Shown here one piece after another: positions 7,612 through 16,759 of a stretch of 42,229 nt of DNA. The DNA lies in NCBI GenBank assembly GCA_035533195.1, contig DATLUK010000345.1, forward strand, positions 1-42,229, in the 5' to 3' direction. The position numbers and the translations under genes were made by a program. The first letter of the stretch is position 1. Every line of letters begins with the position of its first letter. Under the pieces are notes generated by a model. The model worked only from the letters and a program-made list of their open reading frames with translations. It ran no database searches and had not been told where the DNA came from. The stretch is from Acidimicrobiales bacterium (lineage in GTDB: Bacteria; Actinomycetota; Acidimicrobiia; Acidimicrobiales; JAJPHE01).

Positions 7612-9600
7612 TCAGGCCAGGGCGCCGGCGTTTTCGATCTCCAGCGTCGGGGCCGGGTCGGCCGGAGTGAAGCCGAGGACCTGTCCGTAGAAGGCCACCT
7701 CGGCCCGGATCACGGTGGTGATGGTGGCCGCCTGGCGGAAGCCGTGCTGCTCCCCGGGGAAGGCGATGTGAGCGAAAGGAAGCCCTTTGGCCCGCAGCGC
7801 CTCCGCCATCATCTCGGCCTGGTCCGGGGGGACTACCCGGTCCTCCAGGCCTTGGAAAAGGATGAGCGGGCAGCTCAGGCCGTCGGTGTGATGGATGGGG
7901 GAGCGCTCCCGGTAGAGAGCCTCGGCCTCCGGCCACGGACCGATCAGGCCGTCGAGGTAGCGGGATTCGAACTTGTGGGTGTCCCGGGCGAGGGCGCCGG
8001 CATCGGCCACCCCGTAGTGGCTCGCCCCCACGGCGAAGACATCTCGGAACGCCAACGCCGCCAGCGTCGTGTAACCCCCGGCGCTGCCTCCTCGTATGGC
8101 CAGGCGGTTGCGGTCTACCTCACCTTGGTCGGCCAGCCACAGGGCGGCATTCACACAGTCATCGACGTCCACTACTCCCCATTGGCCCCTCAGCGTCTGG
8201 CGATACTCCCGCCCGTAGCCGGTGCTGCCGCCGTAGTCCACGTCCACCACCGCCAGGCCCCGGCTGGTGAAGTACTGGATCACCGGGTCCAGCGCCGTCC
8301 CGGCCGCCCCGGTGGGTCCGCCGTGACTCTTGACGATCAGCGGAGGCAGCTCGCCCTCCGGACCGGTGAAGTCGGGATTGTCCGGCGGGTAGTAGAGGGC
8401 GTGGGCCGTCCGGCCCCCCGAGGAGGGGAACTCCACCGCCCGGGGCACCGAGATGTACTCGGCCTCGATGGACCGGGGGCGGCTGCGGGCCAGGACCTCC
8501 GGTTCAGCGCCATCGGCCCTGGCGCGGACAGCCGGCGCGGTTGGCTCGACGGGGATGCGGACCAGTACTCCTGATTCAGAGGGAGAAGCGGCCAGAACCA
8601 GCACCGCAGCATCCGTTCCGAGCAGACCGCCGAAGCTGGTCCACGGGCTGGCGATGGGTCGGGGCCGTCCGTTCTCCAGCACGGCCAGGGTGGTGGCTGC
8701 CTTGGCCGACCAGGTGACCACCGGGCGGCCGTCGGTCAGGAAGGTGTAGCTGCGCTGGCCGAAGGCCCAGTCCGGTCCGCCCATTTCCGCTTCCGGGGTG
8801 AAGATGGCCTCCCCGTCCGATCCGTCATCGGCGTAGAGGTTCCACCAGCCCGTCCGGTCCGAGAGGTAGAAGAGTCGGCCGGCCGGGTCCCAGCGAGGTT
8901 GGCTGATCGACTCCTCCGGCCCCCCGGCCACGCGGCGGTTCGGCCCGACCCCGCCCCCCGGTAGTAGCTGAGCCTCAACGAGGGTGGTGCCGTCCCAGGG
9001 CATGTTCGGGTGGTCCCAGGAAAGCCAGCACAGCCGGCTCCCGTCCGGGCTGACCCGGGGGGCGCTGTAGAAGTCGTGGCCTTCGGCCGCCACTTGTGGG
9101 CCATGCGATCCGTCGGCCGGGAAGGCGACGACGCGGTTTAGGACCACCCCGTCATCGCTGTGGATCTCCTGGACGGCCACGACGGTCCGGCCGTCGGGAG
9201 TGACGCTGAAGTCGGCGTAGCGCTCGGCCTGGGGCGCGGCCGGCTCCGGCGTGATGGTCACCGGCGCCGCCGGTCCCCCGTCCGGCGTCAGAGCGACGAA
9301 CCAGACCCGCTGGTCGGAGAAATTGGAGAACAGGAGACCTGTCTTGGTCAGGGCTGTGCAGGCTCCGCCGTACTCATGGACCAGGGTCCGGGCCGAAAAG
9401 CCGGCCGGCACGAGGTCAGTGAGCGACCCGTCCGGGGCCCTCCGCACCGGAACGACCCGGCCGCCCTCGGTGGGTCTGCTCTCATTCCACACCACTTCCT
9501 CGCCCCGGATCAGTGGCTGGCCGAGGCCGACCACCGCCTCCACCAGGCGGTCAGCGGTGATCGGGGAGCGCCAGGAGCCATACGGAGCAGTGACGGGCAT
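7612..9600 (-). CDS. S9 family serine peptidase (prolyl oligopeptidase / acylaminoacyl peptidase-like)
   Basis: 662 aa with a beta-propeller-like N-terminal half. The C-terminal alpha/beta hydrolase carries the nucleophile elbow GGSAGGY, a later LEDRVVP (Asp) and GEQHGF (His). Confidence 0.9.
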   Translation of the reverse strand: MPVTAPYGSWRSPITADRLVEAVVGLGQPLIRGEEVVWNESRPTEGGRVVPVRRAPDGSLTDLVPAGFSARTLVHEYGGACTALTKTGLLFSNFSDQRVWFVALTPDGGPAAPVTITPEPAAPQAERYADFSVTPDGRTVVAVQEIHSDDGVVLNRVVAFPADGSHGPQVAAEGHDFYSAPRVSPDGSRLCWLSWDHPNMPWDGTTLVEAQLLPGGGVGPNRRVAGGPEESISQPRWDPAGRLFYLSDRTGWWNLYADDGSDGEAIFTPEAEMGGPDWAFGQRSYTFLTDGRPVVTWSAKAATTLAVLENGRPRPIASPWTSFGGLLGTDAAVLVLAASPSESGVLVRIPVEPTAPAVRARADGAEPEVLARSRPRSIEAEYISVPRAVEFPSSGGRTAHALYYPPDNPDFTGPEGELPPLIVKSHGGPTGAAGTALDPVIQYFTSRGLAVVDVDYGGSTGYGREYRQTLRGQWGVVDVDDCVNAALWLADQGEVDRNRLAIRGGSAGGYTTLAALAFRDVFAVGASHYGVADAGALARDTHKFESRYLDGLIGPWPEAEALYRERSPIHHTDGLSCPLILFQGLEDRVVPPDQAEMMAEALRAKGLPFAHIAFPGEQHGFRQAATITTVIRAEVAFYGQVLGFTPADPAPTLEIENAGALA

Positions 9601-9629
9601 CGCCCGATCCTAGGAACCCCGCGATGGGC

Positions 9630-10493
9630 TCAGGCGCCGACGGCCAGCGGCAGGGCGTCGAGATAGGCGGCGGCGGCGGCCCGACCCCGCTCGATGAGTT
9701 GGCGAGAGTGGCTCATGTCGTTGTATCTGAGGGGTCCGGGATCGACCCCTGGGATCACCATGGCCTCGACTCCGGCCGGGAGCCGGGCGATGTCGGCCCC
9801 GAACCTGTGGCTGCGGGCGATCGAGAAGGACTGGAGAAGCACGTCCAGGGGACGCTTGGGAGCGGGCCGGGGCCGGCTGAAGTTTCCGACGTGGAAGATG
9901 ATGAGCCGGGTGGCCCCCATGTCGAGGGCACGGGAGATCGGGACGTTGTTGACCACGCCGCCGTCGATCAACAGCTCTCCGTTGATTTCGACCGGGGGGT
10001 AGACCCCAGGCAGGGCGGCGGAGGCGGTCAGGGCCGGCAGTATCTCCCCGGTGGCGAACCAGCGCTCGGTGCCGGTGGCCAGGGAGGTGGCGACGACTTC
10101 GAAGGTCACCGGGGATTCCTCGAAGCGCTCGAAGACCAGGGCCTCTTTCATCAGCCCGACTAGGCCGTCGCTGGGGCATATGGAGCGCGAGCGGCGGGTG
10201 AGCAGTCGGACGGCGGACAGGCGGCCCGGAGGGAATAGGTGCTCGGTGCGCAGGGCCAGCCAGATCTCCTTGAGCCGCTGGATGCCGGCGGGGGTGGGGT
10301 CAGCCGCCACCGCCGCCGCGTTCAGGGCCCCGACCGAGCAACCCACCAGGGCGTCGGGTCGATATCCCCGGTCGATCACGGCCTCGAGCATGCCCACCTG
10401 CACGGCGCCGAGGTTGCCGCCGCCGCCGAGCACGAAGACGGTCCGCTGGTCAGGTGCCGCCGGCCGGATGTCATGGATGGTCAAGAACCTCAC
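9630..10493 (-). CDS. Patatin-like phospholipase
   Basis: Oxyanion motif VLGGGGNLG, serine motif GCSVG and catalytic-Asp motif IDGGVVNNVP are all present. Confidence 0.9.
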   Translation of the reverse strand: MRFLTIHDIRPAAPDQRTVFVLGGGGNLGAVQVGMLEAVIDRGYRPDALVGCSVGALNAAAVAADPTPAGIQRLKEIWLALRTEHLFPPGRLSAVRLLTRRSRSICPSDGLVGLMKEALVFERFEESPVTFEVVATSLATGTERWFATGEILPALTASAALPGVYPPVEINGELLIDGGVVNNVPISRALDMGATRLIIFHVGNFSRPRPAPKRPLDVLLQSFSIARSHRFGADIARLPAGVEAMVIPGVDPGPLRYNDMSHSRQLIERGRAAAAAYLDALPLAVGA

Positions 10494-10558
10494 CTCCTGA
10501 AGAGGGGCCTACTTATGACAATGATCCGCGGGGGACCGGTCAGGCCATAGCTCATCCA

Positions 10559-10576
10559 GGGCATTTGGTGATGCCC
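10559..10576 (-). terminator. Hairpin downstream of the 10611-10856 ORF
   Basis: GGGCAT-ttggtg-ATGCCC, a 6-bp stem, lies in the gap between two minus-strand genes. There is no clear U tract. Confidence 0.2.
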
Positions 10577-10610
10577 CATGTGGGTGGGTGAGCACCCCCC
10601 GAGGAGCGGG

Positions 10611-10856
10611 TCAGCGGGTGCGGGCGCCCACCAGCTGTCCGTGGTCCTCGCCGAAGAGGTAGAAGGCCTGGCCGCCGGCGCCGCGCACTTCGGCGGTGGC
10701 GGCGTGGTGCAGGACGGTTCGGCCGGAAGGGGTATCCACATTGACATCCCCGACCGGCTCGAAATGCTCGATCTTGAGGCTCTCGCTACCGACTACCAGC
10801 CGGTTGGTCGAGGGCTGATCCGCTGGCTCCAACTCGCACTGCAGCTTGGCCCACAT
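10611..10856 (-). CDS. Hypothetical 81-aa protein
   Basis: ATG 10856 is preceded by GGGAGGACGGATCGTT. Codon usage matches its neighbours. I recognise no motif. Confidence 0.4.
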   Translation of the reverse strand: MWAKLQCELEPADQPSTNRLVVGSESLKIEHFEPVGDVNVDTPSGRTVLHHAATAEVRGAGGQAFYLFGEDHGQLVGARTR

Positions 10857-11022
10857 AACGATCCGTCCTCCCGGGTCCCGTGACCCTGCGAAGGATCTTT
10901 CGGCACTTCGACCGGAAAACCTGAGAATACGGACCAACCTCGCGATTGACCCAGAAACCCAAAAGGGGGCCCGCGCCTGGGACGGGCCCCCGATGGGGAG
11001 CAGAGCGTGAAAGGCCGGGTGT

Positions 11023-11637
11023 TCAGTTGGAGGTGGGGGGCTGGCTGGAGTTGGACGTGGAGGAGGTCCGGGTGTCCGAGGACACCCGGCGGATCAGGAA
11101 GGGATTGGCGCCGGGATGGGACTCGTTGGTGCCCAGGTGGATGTAACTGGTCTGGACCCGGCCACTGTCGGCCTTCAGTTCAACTTTGAGGCCGGGCGTA
11201 CAGGTGGTGGTGAAGTCGACGCCGTCGATTCCTCCGTAGTTGTTGAAGTCGAAGGTCAGGGTGTGTCCGTTGCTGCCCACCGTCACCGAGTCGTTCTTCT
11301 CCAGGTCGATCCGCTTGACGTTCCCGAAGGTGCCGGCGGTGCTGATGGTCCCGGTGAAGTCGACGTGATTGGCCTTACCGGGTAGGCGGGGATGAGACAC
11401 CCGCAGGCCCCAGCCCCCCTTGGTGTAATGCCAGAGGTAGACGCCGTCAGAACCGGCCTTGAAGTTGGCCGGTTCGCCCTGAACGTAAGCCGGCCACTCG
11501 GAATCGGAGTTGCAGGACCCACTGCTGGCAGCTCCCGAAGCGTTGCTCGGGGGCGCCGTGTCGGCGAAGGCCGTCGATCCGAAGCCGATGATGGTGGTGG
11601 CCGCCAGTGCCGAGGCGGCCAGAGCTTTGATTCGCAT
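11023..11637 (-). CDS. Secreted protein of unknown function
   Basis: ATG 11637 follows GAGGAGAAAGCA. Signal peptide is MRIKALAASALAATTIIGFGSTAFA-DT. The mature part looks beta-rich with two Cys and a Ser/Thr-rich C-terminal tail. Confidence 0.6.
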   Translation of the reverse strand: MRIKALAASALAATTIIGFGSTAFADTAPPSNASGAASSGSCNSDSEWPAYVQGEPANFKAGSDGVYLWHYTKGGWGLRVSHPRLPGKANHVDFTGTISTAGTFGNVKRIDLEKNDSVTVGSNGHTLTFDFNNYGGIDGVDFTTTCTPGLKVELKADSGRVQTSYIHLGTNESHPGANPFLIRRVSSDTRTSSTSNSSQPPTSN

Positions 11638-11811
11638 TGCTTTCTCCTCTCGGTCCGCCCGGGCCGCTCCCGGGTGGCTGACAGGCAGTGTGGGGCCCAC
11701 CTGTTGGCCGCCTGAGAGGAAGTTGTGAGGGTTCTGTTAGGCCCGGGCCCGGCTTGGTAACATTTGTGCCAGGCGCCGGCGCTCCGGCTGCGCCTCCCTA
11801 GAAGGAATCCC

Positions 11812-13668
11812 GTGCTCGCGACGCGCCCTGACATCCGCAACCTGGCCATCGTGGCCCATGTCGACCACGGTAAGACGACCCTGGTGGACGCCATGCTGCG
11901 CCAGTCAGGGGCCTTCGGCGCCCACGAAGAGCTGGTTGACCGCGTCCTGGATTCCAATGACCTGGAGCGGGAGAAGGGCATCACCATCCTGGCCAAGAAC
12001 GCCAGCATCCTCCACAGCGGAGTCAGGGTGAACCTGATCGATACCCCCGGCCACGCCGACTTCGGCGGGGAGGTCGAGCGAGGCCTGACCATGGCCGACG
12101 GGATCCTGCTCCTGGTGGACGCCAGCGAGGGACCCCTGCCTCAGACCCGCTTCGTCCTCCGCAAGGCGCTGGAGGCCAAGCTGCCGGTGATCCTGGTGGT
12201 GAACAAGGTGGACCGTCAGGACGCCCGCATATCCGAGGTGGTCGATGAGGTCTACGAGCTGTTCCTGGACCTCGACGCCGCTGAGGACCAGATCGACTTC
12301 CCCATTATCTACAGCAATGGCCGGGCCGGGCGGGCCTGGACCAAGGTCGAGTCCATCGGAGAGACAGGGGACCTTGAGCCGCTCTTCAAGACCATCATGG
12401 AGACGATTCCGGCCCCGAGCTACGAGCCCGACCATCCGCTGCAGGCTCTGGTCACCAACCTGGACGCGTCACCGTATGTGGGCCGGTTGGCCCTGTGCCG
12501 GATCCTCAACGGCTCCCTGCGCAAGGGCCAGCAGGTGGCCTGGTGCCGGCGGACCGGAGCGGTGGAGACGGTCAAGGTGACCGAGCTCTATATGACCGAG
12601 AACCTGGCCCGGGTGTCGGTGGAGAGCGCCGGCCCGGGTGACATCGTGGCCATCGCGGGAATCGCGGAGATAACCATCGGGGAGACGATCGCCGATCCGA
12701 GCGACGCCCGACCGCTACCTGTGACCCACGTGGATGAGCCGACGCTGTCCATGGTCGTCGGCGTCAACACCTCACCCCTGGCCGGCCAGGAGGGCAAGAA
12801 GCTCACGGCCCGGATGATCAAGGATCGCCTGGATGCGGAGCTGGTCGGAAATGTATCGATAGCGGTGCTGCCTACCGAGCGGCCCGACGCCTGGGAGGTC
12901 CAGGGCCGGGGCGAGCTGCAGCTGGCCGTGCTGGTGGAGATGATGCGCCGGGAGGGCTTCGAACTCACGGTAGGCAAGCCCCGCGTCCTCACCCAGCTGG
13001 TGAACGGCAAGGTATTGGAGCCGGTCGAGCGGGTGACCATCGACGTACCCGAGGACTACCTCGGTCTGGTGACCCAGCTGGTCGCCCTGCGCAAGGGACG
13101 ACTGGAGCAGATGGTCAACCACGGCACCGGCTGGGTCCGGATGGAGTACCTGGTGCCGGCCCGGGGTCTCATCGGCTTCCGCACCGAGTTCCTCACCGAC
13201 ACCCGCGGCACCGGCATCCTCCACCACATCTACGACCGTCACGAGCCCTGGTTCGGCCCCCTGCGCACCCGACCCACCGGGAGCCTGGTGGCCGATCGTC
13301 GGGGTATGACCACCAGTTATTCGATCATCGGGCTGCAGGAGCGCGGTGTTCTCTTTGTGGGGCCGGGCATTGAGGTCTACGAGGGCATGATCGTGGGAGA
13401 GAACGCCCGGTCCGATGACATGGACGTCAACATCACCAAGCCCAAGCAGCTCACCAACCACCGGGCGGCGGCCGCCGAGATCCTCGAGCGGCTGATCCCC
13501 CACCAGGAGCTGTCGCTCGAGCAGGCGCTCGAGTTCATATCTGAGGACGAATATGTCGAGGTGACGCCCAAGACGGTCCGCCTGCGCAAGGCCGAACTGG
13601 AGCAGGCGACCCGGGGCCGCCGGGCCGCCCAGGCCAAGCGGGCGCGCCTGGCCGCCGCCAACGCCTGA
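11812..13668 (+). CDS. typA: Translational GTPase TypA/BipA
   Basis: [36 protein letters not shown] and NKVDR G-motifs are present. Full-length BipA-like domains follow. GTG 11812 follows GAAGGA. Confidence 0.97.
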   Translation: MLATRPDIRNLAIVAHVDHGKTTLVDAMLRQSGAFGAHEELVDRVLDSNDLEREKGITILAKNASILHSGVRVNLIDTPGHADFGGEVERGLTMADGILLLVDASEGPLPQTRFVLRKALEAKLPVILVVNKVDRQDARISEVVDEVYELFLDLDAAEDQIDFPIIYSNGRAGRAWTKVESIGETGDLEPLFKTIMETIPAPSYEPDHPLQALVTNLDASPYVGRLALCRILNGSLRKGQQVAWCRRTGAVETVKVTELYMTENLARVSVESAGPGDIVAIAGIAEITIGETIADPSDARPLPVTHVDEPTLSMVVGVNTSPLAGQEGKKLTARMIKDRLDAELVGNVSIAVLPTERPDAWEVQGRGELQLAVLVEMMRREGFELTVGKPRVLTQLVNGKVLEPVERVTIDVPEDYLGLVTQLVALRKGRLEQMVNHGTGWVRMEYLVPARGLIGFRTEFLTDTRGTGILHHIYDRHEPWFGPLRTRPTGSLVADRRGMTTSYSIIGLQERGVLFVGPGIEVYEGMIVGENARSDDMDVNITKPKQLTNHRAAAAEILERLIPHQELSLEQALEFISEDEYVEVTPKTVRLRKAELEQATRGRRAAQAKRARLAAANA

Positions 13669-13705
13669 GGCGCGAGCGGGACACGAGGGCCCCGACGCCC
13701 GGCCT

Positions 13706-14494
13706 TTAGGGCGGCGGCAGCTCCCGGCCGGCCAGACGGGCGGCGGCCGCGGCGAGCGCCTCATAGAGGTCACGCTCATCGGCCGGCAGGGCCCGGCGGT
13801 GGCGGTCGAGGGTGTCCCAGTCGCCCCGGGAGACCGGTCCGGTCAGAGCTCCGGTTGCCCCGAGGGCAGCCGCGTTTTCGAGGGAGCCGCGGGCCAAAGC
13901 TATGAAGGCGTCCGGTGGCAGGCCGAGTTCGGACGCCAACCGGTCGACCTGGCCGAGCAGCGCCACCAGATGGTTGGAGGCGATGGTGGCGGTGGCATGG
14001 TAGAGGGCCCTCCTGTCCGCCGGCACGGGCAGCGACCGCCCGCCCAGGGCCGTTACCAACCGCGCGGCAGCCTCGGTGGCGGCGGGGTCTGCTTCGAAGC
14101 CGAACCAGACCCCGGACAGAAGGACGTCCGCGCCCCGCTCCTGCGTCAGCGACACCAGGGGGTGGATGGCCGCCCGGCGTTCGTGGGCTCCGAGGATCTC
14201 GGTACCGGCGGAACCGGCCAGATGGACGAGGACAGCGGTCGGGTCGGCTTCGATGGCGGCGGCCACAGCGGCGATGTCGGAATCCCTGACGGCCACGATG
14301 ACATAGTCGGTGCCGTGGGCTGCGCCGGCCACCGACTGGCCCCGGGCCAGGCTGCCCAGGCTCGACCAGCCGGCTCTCACGAGGGCCGTGCTCATCGAAC
14401 TGCCGGCGCGGCCGGGGCCTATGACGCGGAAGGTCGTCAAGGGTGGGCGGTCTGATTGCTTGTCATCAGCGCGACGGTAACCACCCTCGTGCAA
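13706..14494 (-). CDS. Rossmann-like / DUF2520 domain oxidoreductase-like protein
   Basis: N-terminal VIGPGRAG dinucleotide fold and C-terminal TGPVSRGDWDTLDRHRRAL block typical of DUF2520 proteins. Only TTG starts are available (14494 or 14440), so the start is uncertain. Confidence 0.7.
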   Translation of the reverse strand: MHEGGYRRADDKQSDRPPLTTFRVIGPGRAGSSMSTALVRAGWSSLGSLARGQSVAGAAHGTDYVIVAVRDSDIAAVAAAIEADPTAVLVHLAGSAGTEILGAHERRAAIHPLVSLTQERGADVLLSGVWFGFEADPAATEAAARLVTALGGRSLPVPADRRALYHATATIASNHLVALLGQVDRLASELGLPPDAFIALARGSLENAAALGATGALTGPVSRGDWDTLDRHRRALPADERDLYEALAAAAARLAGRELPPP

Positions 14495-14545
14495 TCCGGT
14501 GTTGTTACTGTGCGGTCTCCAGCAGGCTGACCAGAGGGGATACAG

Positions 14546-15016
14546 ATGCCGGAAGTCGGGGATCGGGTCGCGGTTGCGTCCAACAAGATGGGCACTCCGC
14601 CGCGCGAGGGCACGGTCAGGGCGGTCAGTGGCCGGATGGTGACGATCGAGTGGGCCAACGGCGGCCAGACCATGCTGACCGCCGGGCCGGGAGGGATCGA
14701 GGTGCTTCGTCGGTCGCGGTCTGGAGGGGCGGCCAAGAAGGCTGCGCCGGCCAAGAAGGCTGCGCCGGCCAAGAAGGCCGCTTCGGCCAAGAAGGCCGCG
14801 CCGGCCAAGAAGAAGGCTGCGCCGGCCAAGAAGGTCGCTCCGGCCAAGAAGGTCGCTCCGGCCAAGAAGGCCGCTCCGGCCAGGAAGGCCGCTCCGGCCA
14901 GGAAGGCCGCTCCGGCCAAGAAGGCCGCTCCGGCCAAGAAGAAGGCGGCTGCACCGGCCAAGAAGAAGACCGCCCCGGCCAAGAAGGCGGCCCCAGCCGC
15001 CAGGAAGAAGGCCTAA
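14546..15016 (+). CDS. DUF1918-like domain protein with C-terminal Ala/Lys/Pro (histone H1 / HupB-tail-like) repeats
   Basis: The N-terminal ~55 aa (GDRVAV...GTPPREGTVRAV...VTIEWANGGQTMLTAGPG) fit the DUF1918 pattern. The C-terminal ~95 aa are (A/V)APAKK repeats. Confidence 0.75.
   Translation: MPEVGDRVAVASNKMGTPPREGTVRAVSGRMVTIEWANGGQTMLTAGPGGIEVLRRSRSGGAAKKAAPAKKAAPAKKAASAKKAAPAKKKAAPAKKVAPAKKVAPAKKAAPARKAAPARKAAPAKKAAPAKKKAAAPAKKKTAPAKKAAPAARKKA
14729..15013 (+). repeat. Coding tandem repeat, about 16 copies of an 18-nt (some 21-nt) unit GCCAAGAAGGCNGCNCCG
   Basis: Read directly from the sequence. Each unit encodes AKKAAP-type hexapeptides. The reverse strand yields the artefactual FLAGAA ORF. 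Confidence 0.9.
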
Positions 15017-16269
15017 GCCCGGCGGTTGGTCTTGACGTCCCGGAAGGGGATGTCGGCGTCAACCGAGGGCTCCCGGGGCAGGCCGAGGCTGCGCTCGCCC
15101 AGGATGTTGTGCTGGACCTCGTCGGTGCCCCCGGCTATGGAGCCGGCCGGGACCGAGACGATGATCTCAGCCAAGATCCCGCCCAGGACGGAGTCGGGCC
15201 CGTTGAGCATGGCGGCCGGGCCGGCAATGTGGGCGTGCAGGGACGAGGAGCGCCGGGCGATGTCGGTGCCGGTCAATTTGGCCAGCGAGCCCTCCGGGCC
15301 GGGAGCCTGGCCCTGGGCCCGGGCGGCCAGCGCCCGCCGGACGTTCCAACGGGCGACCCGCTCACGGATCTCGACGTCGGCCAGGCGCTGGCGGATGAGG
15401 GGGTCATCGGCGCGCCCGGAGTCCCTGGTCTGGGGGGCCAGCAGGTCAGGCCGCCCGGCCCGCTGCGGATACCAGGAGTAGGTGCGCAGGTAGTCACCGT
15501 CCTCGGCCATGGCCTCCCTGACGGTCCGACCGGCGGCGGAGGCGGATCCAGGGGCGCTCCGGTTGGCCCCCAGGTTTCGCTCGTGGGCGAGGGTGGTGAG
15601 AGCGGCGGCCCAGCCGTCGCCTTCCCGACCGAGGATGTTCTCGTGCGGCACCACGGCCTCGGTCAGGAAGACCTCGTTGAACGAAGCGTGGTAGTTCATC
15701 TGGCGCAGCGGCCGCACCTCGACCCCGTCCTGGTGCATGGGCAGGGCGAAGTAGGTGATGCCCCGGTGTTTCGGGGCGTCCCAGTCAGTGCGGGCGAGAA
15801 GCATCCCGTAGTCGGCCGTCCTGGCCCCGGTGGTCCACACCTTCTGACCGTTGACGACCCATTGGTCCCCGTCCCGCACGGCACGGGTCGTGAGGCCGGC
15901 CAGGTCCGAACCGTTCCCGGGCTCGCTGAAGAGCTGGCACCAGCGCTCCTCCCCGGTGAGGATGCCCCGCAGCAGCCGCCGCTGGAGGTCCTCTGGGCCG
16001 TGGCGCAGCAGGGTCGGGGCAGCCAGAGCCATGCCCGAACCGCCGGCCGCCCCCACCGCTCCGGCGGCGGCCATCTCCTCGGCCAGCCCGGTGGCGTAGG
16101 CATCGGGTAGTCCCCGCCCGTAGCGATCGGCCGGCCAGTTGGGCGCCGCCCAGCCCGAGTCGACCAGCAAGCGGCGCCACTCGGCCAGCGGGCGCTCGGG
16201 GTCCCACCATTCGGCCAACCACGCCCGCAGCTCGGCGCGGGCCGTCTGTTCATCGGGCGTGGCGACCAC
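15013..16269 (-). CDS. Acyl-CoA dehydrogenase family protein
   Basis: GTG 16269 follows GGAGGATCGAG, 14 nt after the PAS gene stop codon. ACAD blocks are present (FSEPGNGSDLAGLTTRA, WVVNGQKVWTTGA). The stop codon overlaps the convergent DUF1918 gene stop by 4 nt. Confidence 0.9.
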   Translation of the reverse strand: MVATPDEQTARAELRAWLAEWWDPERPLAEWRRLLVDSGWAAPNWPADRYGRGLPDAYATGLAEEMAAAGAVGAAGGSGMALAAPTLLRHGPEDLQRRLLRGILTGEERWCQLFSEPGNGSDLAGLTTRAVRDGDQWVVNGQKVWTTGARTADYGMLLARTDWDAPKHRGITYFALPMHQDGVEVRPLRQMNYHASFNEVFLTEAVVPHENILGREGDGWAAALTTLAHERNLGANRSAPGSASAAGRTVREAMAEDGDYLRTYSWYPQRAGRPDLLAPQTRDSGRADDPLIRQRLADVEIRERVARWNVRRALAARAQGQAPGPEGSLAKLTGTDIARRSSSLHAHIAGPAAMLNGPDSVLGGILAEIIVSVPAGSIAGGTDEVQHNILGERSLGLPREPSVDADIPFRDVKTNRRA

Positions 16270-16283
16270 CTCGATCCTCCAGG

Positions 16284-16655
16284 TCAGTCCGTGCGCTCGG
16301 TGACGTGGGCGACCACGTACAGCCGCCCGTCCACCCGTAGCGGCTCCAGCCGCACGTGGATCGGGACCAGGGTCCCATCCATGGGCCGCTCCAGCTCCGG
16401 CTCCAGGCCGGGGTCCATCTCCCGGTCGTTGGGCTCGGCCTGGAAGCCGCGGCGGTAAGCCTGGTGCCCCCATCGCTTCTTCTCCGGCACCAGCATCTCG
16501 ACGAACTCCCCCACGATGTCGGCAGACGCCACCTCGAAGAGGGCCTCGGCCGCCTCGGTCATAAGGGCGATCACGCCCTCCTGGTCCACCACCACCAGGG
16601 CCTCGGAGGATGACTGGAGTGAGGTGACTTCGCTGGGGAGCTCAGTGCTCGACAT
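16284..16655 (-). CDS. Stand-alone PAS domain protein
   Basis: ~123 aa, reading ALVVVDQEGVIALMTEAAEALFEVASADIVGEFVEMLVPE...DGTLVPIHVRLEPLRVDGRLYVVAHV, a PAS fold pattern. Start is ATG 16655 or TTG 16664. Confidence 0.7.
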   Translation of the reverse strand: MSSTELPSEVTSLQSSSEALVVVDQEGVIALMTEAAEALFEVASADIVGEFVEMLVPEKKRWGHQAYRRGFQAEPNDREMDPGLEPELERPMDGTLVPIHVRLEPLRVDGRLYVVAHVTERTD

Positions 16656-16759
16656 GGGCGGCAAGGTACACGGCCCGCCCGACCCGCCCGGCGACCGACC
16701 GGCACGGATGCGCCCGCCGGGTACACCGTCGCCTACCCGCCACCGGTCAGACTGGCCGT

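Noticed and set aside
9630-10493. Patatin-like phospholipase as a CBASS-type defence effector
   Set aside because: No cyclase/nucleotidyltransferase, sensor or other defence-associated gene is adjacent. The neighbours are an S9 peptidase and hypothetical genes.
14437-14982. 181-aa minus-strand ORF made of FLAGAA repeats
   Set aside because: It is the mirror image of the AKKAP coding repeat. The plus-strand gene has an RBS-compatible start and a recognisable DUF1918 N-terminal domain.
14443-16110. 555-aa plus-strand ORF
   Set aside because: It is antisense to the acyl-CoA dehydrogenase gene, which has clear family motifs. The ORF is Gly/Arg/Pro-rich, typical of high-GC antisense frames.
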